A DNA stretch of 52,885 bases, taken from positions 1 to 52,885 of IMG/VR virus record IMGVR_UViG_3300033144_005399; one strand, given 5' to 3'. A model generated the notes under the pieces. That model was not told the DNA's origin, did not search any database, and saw only the letters and a program-made list of their open reading frames with translations. The stretch comes from a virus. Lineage: Duplodnaviria > Caudoviricetes. Positions 8,624-16,200 of this stretch are shown one piece after another (position 1 is the stretch's first letter; each line of letters begins with the position of its first letter). The translations under genes were made by a program, and so were the position numbers.

Positions 8624-10795
8624 ATGGGGCTTTACGAGGACATCCGAGGAGCGACAGGCACTGGGCTGACGAGGCTCGGCGACTGGATGGCGGGAAGCGA
8701 CGACGACGTTTCCAAATCGGACATGAACGAGGTGCTCGCGAAGTCGGGCATGGGTCTGCCCGATCCGACTGAAGAGAAGCCCCGCGCTCTATTTCATGAT
8801 CCGTATTCGGTCATGGATTGGGGAGGCTGGCGACAGCGACCGTCGTCGCTGACGTATGAGACGCTGCGGCAGATGACGACGAGCAACACGGTCATCGCCG
8901 CGATCCTCAATCTGCGCATTCACCAAGTCGGTGCGTTCTGCCGACCGCAGCAAGGTAAGTACGACCGCGGATACCGAGTCATCCTCCGCGACCGGCGCGA
9001 CCAGAAGAAGGCGATGACGCCGGGCGAGCAGAAGGAAGCGGACGCCATCGAGCGCATGCTGGAGTCGACGGGCATGATGCTCCCCGACGAGCGCCCGAGC
9101 GACCGCGACAACTTCCGCTCGTTCAGCAAAAAGTCTGTGCGCGATGTGCTCACGTATGACCAGTGGTGCTTCGAGAAGATCCGCGACCGCAAGGGACGCG
9201 TGTCGCGCTTCATCGCGCTGCCTTCCGAGACCATCCGGCCGGCGGTATCCGACATCGAGCACATGGACCCGGCCGAGATCCGCAACCGCGTGTCGCACGT
9301 GCAGGTCTACGAGAACACCGTCATCGCGGAGTTCGCATCCGATGATCTCGCGTGGTGCGTGATGAACCCGCGCAGCGACCTGCGCACGAACGGTTTCGGC
9401 TTCAGCTTCACCGAGCAGATCGTTCGGCTCGTCACGTCGTGGCTGTTCGGCTTCGAATACAACACGAAGTTCTTCACGCAGGGCTCAGCGATCAAAGGAC
9501 TGCTCAACATCAAGGGCGCGATCCCCGATCGTCAAATGCGAGCTTTTCGTCGAATGTGGTACTCGCAACTTGCGAGCATACAGAACGCCTGGAAAACGCC
9601 GATCCTGAACTCCGACGACATCCAGTGGGTATCCATGCACTCGGCAAACCGAGAGATGGAGTACGCCGCCTGGATGGATTGGTTGTGCTTGGGAGGCGAT
9701 TCGGTCATCACTACCGAGAACGGCAACTTGCCCCTGCGCGAGCTGGTCGGCCAAGAGTTCCGAATCTGGGATGGCGACGGATACCACGCAGCGCGCGCGG
9801 TCGAGACGGGCGTGCGCGAGATCGCGATGACGAAGCTGTCCAACGGCTCCGAGCTTCGGTCTTCCCCGGAGCATCTGTTCCGCGTCCGGGTCGAGGGCGT
9901 TGTGGATTGGGTAGCGCAGAAGGATCTCGTACAGGGCGACGAGGTGCTGCTCGACCCGAAGACGGCGACGCCCGACGAGACCGAGTACCCCACGGCTGTC
10001 GTGGTCGAGGCGTGGCAAACGGGGCAGAGCGAGTCGATGTTCGACGTCGAGGTGTTCAACGATCGGCATCTGTTCTTCGCGAACGGAATCGCGGTCCATA
10101 ACACGAAGCTCATCTGCGCCGTGTTCGGCATCGACCCCGTGGAGATCAACTTCATCTTCGGCGGCGGAGGATCGGCCGGCGGCGGAAGCGCGATGTTCGA
10201 TCGCCGACCGAATGCGGCCGAGGTCACCGAGAGCAAGGACAAGGGCCTGCGTCCGCTGCTCACGCACATGGAGGACCACCTCAACCAGCACATCGTCTGG
10301 GATATGAATCCCGACTTCGAGTTCTCGTGGACGGGCTTCGACGCGGCGGCTGAAGCGGTCGAGCGCGAGGCGCGCATGACCGAGGTCACGAGGGTGAAGA
10401 CGGTCAACCAGATCCGCGCGGAGATGGATGAGCCCCCTCTCCCGGGCAAGCTCGGCGACCTGATTCTCGACCCGACCTTCTTCCAGTGGATGATGGCTCA
10501 GGAGGCCGCACAGCAGGAAGGCGGCGAGATGGGCGGCGAGATGGGCGAGGGCGGGCCCCCTGGAGCGCCTGGAGCGCCCCCGGGTGGCGCGGAGCCTCCC
10601 ATGGGCCCGACGCCTGTGGCGGCCGCTGAGGGCGGCGCTGAGGACGACGAAGAGGACTTCCTTCAGGGCATGCACCCCGGTGTCGACGACGACGACGACC
10701 ACGACGACCTGCTCGCAGCGAGCTACACGGTCATCGAGCAGACCGAGGACGTGCTACGGAAGAGCTGGTACGACGGCGATCTGGACGGAGGATAA
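8624..10795 (+). CDS. Phage portal protein interrupted by a mini-intein
   Basis: Portal-like motifs (VRDVLTYDQ, LPSETIR, NPRSD..NGFGFS, FFTQGS..KGLLNI, NAWKTPI, CAVFGIDPVEINF, SKDKGLRPLL, KTVNQIRAE) of the SPO1/Twort type. Acidic C-terminal tail. Confidence 0.92.
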   Translation: MGLYEDIRGATGTGLTRLGDWMAGSDDDVSKSDMNEVLAKSGMGLPDPTEEKPRALFHDPYSVMDWGGWRQRPSSLTYETLRQMTTSNTVIAAILNLRIHQVGAFCRPQQGKYDRGYRVILRDRRDQKKAMTPGEQKEADAIERMLESTGMMLPDERPSDRDNFRSFSKKSVRDVLTYDQWCFEKIRDRKGRVSRFIALPSETIRPAVSDIEHMDPAEIRNRVSHVQVYENTVIAEFASDDLAWCVMNPRSDLRTNGFGFSFTEQIVRLVTSWLFGFEYNTKFFTQGSAIKGLLNIKGAIPDRQMRAFRRMWYSQLASIQNAWKTPILNSDDIQWVSMHSANREMEYAAWMDWLCLGGDSVITTENGNLPLRELVGQEFRIWDGDGYHAARAVETGVREIAMTKLSNGSELRSSPEHLFRVRVEGVVDWVAQKDLVQGDEVLLDPKTATPDETEYPTAVVVEAWQTGQSESMFDVEVFNDRHLFFANGIAVHNTKLICAVFGIDPVEINFIFGGGGSAGGGSAMFDRRPNAAEVTESKDKGLRPLLTHMEDHLNQHIVWDMNPDFEFSWTGFDAAAEAVEREARMTEVTRVKTVNQIRAEMDEPPLPGKLGDLILDPTFFQWMMAQEAAQQEGGEMGGEMGEGGPPGAPGAPPGGAEPPMGPTPVAAAEGGAEDDEEDFLQGMHPGVDDDDDHDDLLAASYTVIEQTEDVLRKSWYDGDLDGG
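9686..10102 (+). mobile_element. Mini-intein (139 aa, no homing endonuclease) in the portal
   Basis: Starts CLGGDSVITT, has block B SSPEHLF and block F MFDVEV..HLFFANG, ends VHN followed by Thr. Removing it rejoins WMDWL/TKLICAVF. Confidence 0.92.
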
Positions 10796-10797
10796 CG

Positions 10798-11559
10798 ATG
10801 GGCGTGCGCACCAATGTCGAGCTGACGGTTCAGATCGGGCAGGACAACCAGCTTCTCGACTTCATCTTCGATCGGGATCTCTCGGCGCTGCTCGACACGC
10901 TCGACCGCGGGACCGCGATGGTCATCTCGATGGTATCCGGCGAGACGAACTACGCCGTGCCGTTCGGCGACGTAGCCGAGGCGCGGCTGGTCTACATCGA
11001 GGCCGACGGCGAGATCGCTGTGACCTTCGGTGGCGGGCTCGCCACGGCGGCGTTCCTCACGGGCGTAGGGGGCACGTACCCGACGACGTTCGTGGGAGGC
11101 GAGACGCTCTCGCTCGACATCGACGGCACGCCCATCGCGGTGGTGTTCACCATCGCCGCGCAGCTCCTCGCGGACGTCATCAACGAGATCAACGCGGCCG
11201 CCGCGCTGCTCGGGCTCGCGCCCATCGCGAGCGACGTCGCTGGGCAGCTTCGGCTCACCAGCCTGACCACCGGCGACCCCGGTTCGACGGTCGAGGTCGT
11301 GGCGGGTGGGACCGCGCTCGCGACGCTCGGACTCACGGCGGCGACTGCGGTCGGAGTGAACGCGACGGCGGCGACCTCGCCGGTATCCGTCCGGCGCCCC
11401 GCCGATCCTGCGGGTGCGAGTGCGGCCGCGGGGGTCGACGCGTTCCTGCTCGGAACGATTCAGACGACCTCCATCACCATCGACAATACCGCAGGTCAGG
11501 ACGTGCGCGTGCGCATCGCACTCGCTGGGGATCTGGTCGCCGACCCGGCGGCGTGCTGA
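10798..11559 (+). CDS. Putative virion structural protein (Ala/Thr/Gly/Val-rich, probably beta-rich)
   Basis: GGAGG RBS. Composition resembles the sheath insertion domains and other virion proteins here. No specific motif. Confidence 0.6.
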   Translation: MGVRTNVELTVQIGQDNQLLDFIFDRDLSALLDTLDRGTAMVISMVSGETNYAVPFGDVAEARLVYIEADGEIAVTFGGGLATAAFLTGVGGTYPTTFVGGETLSLDIDGTPIAVVFTIAAQLLADVINEINAAAALLGLAPIASDVAGQLRLTSLTTGDPGSTVEVVAGGTALATLGLTAATAVGVNATAATSPVSVRRPADPAGASAAAGVDAFLLGTIQTTSITIDNTAGQDVRVRIALAGDLVADPAAC

Positions 11560-11566
11560 GCGCTCT

Positions 11567-13255
11567 GTGGAAGAGACGCCGCAGGGGGTACAGCACGAGG
11601 TACCAGCGGACGACCGGCTTCGGAAAGCGACCGGTGAAGATCGGACGTTCGACACGCACCCCGCGATGTCGGAGCTGCACACCGCTGTCGGCATCGCGTA
11701 CAAAGCGCAGTTCAAGCGCATGCTGGAAGTCATCGAGGAGTACGTGGATCGCGTCGTACTGCTGCGCCCCGGTCCGCATCTGTTCACGCCGACCGACTTC
11801 GAAAAGATCCGCAGCATCATTCGCGACTTCCATCTCGCGTTCGTCATCGGCGTGGTGCATCCCGAAGCCGCAGCTCCTCGCATCGTTCAGGGGCTCATCG
11901 ACAAGGGGATACTGCCGAGCGATCTCGCCTTCACGTTTCAGCCGCCCTCGCCGCGCGTGCTGCCGCCGCAACGGCTGAGCCTCATCGACACCAGCTTCGA
12001 GTACGGGCGCTCGCTGCTTCCGTTGCGCGAGCACCGACGCGCACCGTCTGACGAGTCGCTCGTGCAGTTCGAAGCGCGACGCCCGGTGCCTCTGTCGATC
12101 GAAGAGCGGGCGGCGCGCGATTGGGCGCGCATGAGCGCGGCGACGCACATCACCGGTCTCGGTGATCGGTTCTCTGGGGACTTCACAACGCGTGCGGTCG
12201 AAGAGGACCGTGCGCAGCGGAAGCGCTACGAGAAGGTCGTGCGCGAAGCCGTCTCGACCAGTGCCAAAAAGCGAACGAGCTGGCGTTCCATCGCGAGTGA
12301 GATCGGGCAGAAGACCGGCGACTGGTCGCGCAACCTCGGCCGCATCGCGGCGACGGAATCGCAGGGCGCGATGCAGGCGGGTATCGTCGAAGGGCTGAAG
12401 AAGCGCGAGCAGAAGAAGCCCGAGGAGATCTATGTCGCGAAGCAACCGGCCCCTGACGCGTGCGACGACTGCGTGCGGCTGCATCTCGTTGGCGCGACGC
12501 GAGGCGCACCGCCGCGGATCTTCAAGCTCAGCGATTTGGAAGCGAACGGGACGAACATCGGGAAGACGCGCCCAGCCTGGCAAGCCGTCGTCGGCGCGAC
12601 CCACCCGTGGTGCGGGTGCGACCTAGTGCACGTGCCCGAAGGCTGGATGTTCGATGCGGACGGCAGCCTCGTGCCCGAGTTCATGACCCGCTCCGGGTAC
12701 CTGGAATCCGATCTGCGCAAAGCGATGGACATGACCTACGGCGACGCGGTGCCGCTGCACGGTATCTCGGTGCGCGTCGGTGACCCGACGGTGCGCGAAG
12801 AGATCGAGCGCATCATCGCGATCACACCGCGCGAGGTCTTCGACAAGCGCGTCGGCGTGACGTTGGTGACGACTGACATCCCGCGCGTGCAGAACCCGCT
12901 CGAAGAGCATGACTTTGCGTATTGGACTGCGAACGAGATCCGGCTCATGAACAATCTGCCCGCGGGGAAGATCGAGCGCGTGCTGCCGCACGAGATCGGG
13001 CACTCTCTGAACGTGTACCTCATGAACCAGCTCGGCGGAGTGAAGCCCGTGCGTGCGTGGCATGACAAGCTGTGGAAGATCAGCCAAGAGGAGGGCTTCG
13101 TCAGCGACTACGCGAAGAAGCTGCCGATCGAGAACGCTGCCGAGGTCACGATGCTCTACCTCTACAACCGTGCGCGGCTCATGGTCGTGTTCCCGCGACA
13201 GTTCGCGTTCGTCCACAAGGCGTACCGCGCCATCTTCAGGAAGAAGGCGGCGTGA
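11567..13255 (+). CDS. MuF-like head morphogenesis protein fused to a C-terminal HExxH zinc metallopeptidase
   Basis: RIAATE, ACDDC and THPWCGC are MuF-like. After DLRKA come HEIGH and VSDYAKK..ENAAE (zincin, lethal-factor-like). Start is uncertain (GTG 11567 or a downstream ATG). Confidence 0.8.
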   Translation: MEETPQGVQHEVPADDRLRKATGEDRTFDTHPAMSELHTAVGIAYKAQFKRMLEVIEEYVDRVVLLRPGPHLFTPTDFEKIRSIIRDFHLAFVIGVVHPEAAAPRIVQGLIDKGILPSDLAFTFQPPSPRVLPPQRLSLIDTSFEYGRSLLPLREHRRAPSDESLVQFEARRPVPLSIEERAARDWARMSAATHITGLGDRFSGDFTTRAVEEDRAQRKRYEKVVREAVSTSAKKRTSWRSIASEIGQKTGDWSRNLGRIAATESQGAMQAGIVEGLKKREQKKPEEIYVAKQPAPDACDDCVRLHLVGATRGAPPRIFKLSDLEANGTNIGKTRPAWQAVVGATHPWCGCDLVHVPEGWMFDADGSLVPEFMTRSGYLESDLRKAMDMTYGDAVPLHGISVRVGDPTVREEIERIIAITPREVFDKRVGVTLVTTDIPRVQNPLEEHDFAYWTANEIRLMNNLPAGKIERVLPHEIGHSLNVYLMNQLGGVKPVRAWHDKLWKISQEEGFVSDYAKKLPIENAAEVTMLYLYNRARLMVVFPRQFAFVHKAYRAIFRKKAA

Positions 13256-16200
13256 TGGCTATCGCTACCATCGCAGAGCTGCACGCCTTCGCGACCGGCG
13301 GGCCTTTCATCGGGCCACGCGGTGGAAAGTGGGCAGACGCAAAGCGCACCATCCCGTGGAAGGACGCGCCTGCGGATCGAGCAAAGGCTCGCGCGAAGGA
13401 GAAGCGCGCTGCACGGCGCGAGAAGCGCGAGCCCGGCGAGTGGGCGACCTCCCCCGAGGCGAAGGTTGCCACGCTGGACGCGGGCTCAGGCGAGCGGCTG
13501 TACCGGCTGTCAGCAGACGGGTACGACGTGCACTGGCACCACGAGAAGCACGGCTGGCGCGAGGTGGTGAACTACGACCAGAAGCAGAAGGTGAAGGAGC
13601 ACTTCGACCCGTCGCTGAAACGGACCGAGCCGCGTCCCGATCCATACGCACCCGAGCCCGAGGACGAAGACACCGGGCACCGCATGGGTCACCAGCCGTC
13701 GAAGTACGCGCCCGCGCACGCGTTGGAGAGTGTGCAGCCGGGCATCCTGAATGAGCCTCACCACTACACTGCGTTTCGCGAACAGCTCCGCGAGTTCTGG
13801 CCGAAGTTGAAGGCAGCGCAGGGCAACCCCGACGCGAAGATCACGATCTACCGCGCGCTGCCGAAGGGGAAGGAAGCGTTCGCTACCGGCGATTGGGTAT
13901 CTCTCTCCCGCATGTACGCGCAGGATCATGCCGAGGGCGAAAAGGGCTGGCGCGTAGCGGCGGTCGACGTTCCGCTCCGCGACTTGCATTGGGCGGGCGA
14001 TGACCTTGCCGAGTGGGGCTACTTCGGCAGTGACCTGAAGAAGGCCGGGCCTTTCATCGGACCTCGCGGTGGAAAGTGGGCAGACGCAAAGCGCACCATC
14101 CCGTGGAAGAAGAAGAAGCCGAAGAAGCGCGCGAAGCCGAAGAAGCGCGCGAAGCCGAAGCCGGAGCCGAAGACGGAGCCCGACGCAGGCGAGGCATGCG
14201 GTAGCTGCTACGAAGATGCCGCGAGCGCGATCAGCGCCCCGTTCGATGAGACGTTCGCGGACTGGAAGCTCGTGCACGGGCGTCCGCGCCTGACGCGCCC
14301 CCCGTTCGTGCGCTTCGGTCACGCGTGGCTGGAGAAGGGAGATACCGTCTACGACGCGGCCAGCGGTCGAACGCTGTCGAAGGCGCTCTACTACCACTCG
14401 GGTCAGATCACCGATGAGGAGCGCTACACGTACACGCGCACCGAAGCGCGCTTCATGATCGTCAAGCACCAGCATTGGGGACCGTGGGATGGCGTCGAGG
14501 CGAAGGGTCTCGGCTTCTCGTCTGAGCACGACGACCTGGAGAAGGGCCGTAAGCTCCACTACCGCACGAAGTTCCAAGGGCTGCCGATCAGCGTCGAGAA
14601 CCGTGCGGGCTCGCGGAGATACTGGACCGAGAGCAAGAGCGGTGAGTCGGGCAGCACGAAGATGATCGTCCCATACGGCTACATCCGTGGGTTCATCGGC
14701 AAAGACGGCGATGAGATCGATGTGTTCGTCGGGCCCGACAAAAAGAGCGAGCGCGTGTTCATCGTGAACCAGCGCGCGTCGGTCGACCTGCGCAAGTTCG
14801 ACGAGCACAAGGTGATGCTCGGCTTCGGTTCGGTATCCGCTGCGAAGAGCGCGTACCTGAAGCACTACGACAAGCGCGGCCCGAGCTTCCTGGGTTCGAT
14901 CCGTCAGTGGACGATGAGCCGGTTCAAGCGATGGCTCGAAGGCGGCAACCTGAGCGAGCCCGCGGCGAAGAGCGCATGGGAAGACGAGCTTCACAAGGCC
15001 GGTCCGTTCGTGGGTCCGCGTGGTGGGCTGTGGGCTGACGCGAAGCATACGATCTCATGGCGCGAGAGCATCGGGCGCGAGGGTCCGCGCACAGGTGCGA
15101 TCAGTGTTCCCGATGCGGCCGTGCATGCCGCTGTCGATGACTTGCTGTCGAAGCCGGGGCTGTCGTTCGGGGTCGTGCCCCGCAGTGGGGACAGAGACGT
15201 TACATCGCGGTGGAAGACGCGAGTGCAGTTCAAGGACGCGCGCGGAAAGGCACGCGAGATACTGGTGCGGGTGCAGCACGACCCGAGGCTGACCCATGAA
15301 CACCGTCGCGGGGGTTCTGGGATCAGTGGGCAGTACCAGAGCCAGTTCCAGACGTACATCGATCCGAAGACGAAGAAGCAAGAGGGTGTGATCACAGACC
15401 ACATCGAGCTGAATCTGCGTGCGGGAGATTGGGGTAAGGAAAAGCTCGCGAGCGCGATGCGCGACGTGCTGTCGCACGAGCTGACGCACGCTGCTGACCC
15501 GTGGCTCGCGGAAGCGACGAAGCGGCACTCGCAGTCGCCTGAAAAGGGCAGCCCCGTTCTCAGCGGAAGAACTACCGGCTTCCGGTCGGCCTACGTCGCC
15601 TATTTGAATCAGCCGGTAGAGGTCACAGCAACCATTCAGCAGATCAAGCGCGAGATCACCGACGTGAGGGTCGCAGCCGAGATCAAGGATGACCCTGAGT
15701 GGATGCGCCCCGAGTTCCTGCTCGGATACTCAGACCGATGGAAGAAGGTCGGCGAGCACTACACCGAGAAGAACAAGCGGCGGGTGCTGCGCGCGATCTT
15801 CGACATGCGTGAGTCGCTGCTCGCGGGAACGACGAAGCCGATCGCGAAGGCCGGTGTGCTCTACGTTCCGCTCGCGAAAGCGGGCCCCTTCGTAGGTCCG
15901 CGTGGAGGGTTGTGGGCTGACGCGAAGCACACCATCGCGTGGCGCGCGAACTACATGAACCGCGAGCGCAACGAAGCGCGCATCGAAGCGCTCGGTCGCC
16001 AGCTCGGCCGCGCCATCAAAGAGGGCAAGGAATCGGATCGTCGGTACGCGGCGAAGGCGCTCGAAGCGGACCACGGCGTGCCGGTCCATCATGAAGCGAA
16101 GGGTGAGCCGCCGAAGCCGCCGCCGAAGCTGAAGAAGAGGCTCTTCCACAGCGCACCCGCGCACGTGATGGAGAGCATCCAAGAGAACGGGCTCGTACCG

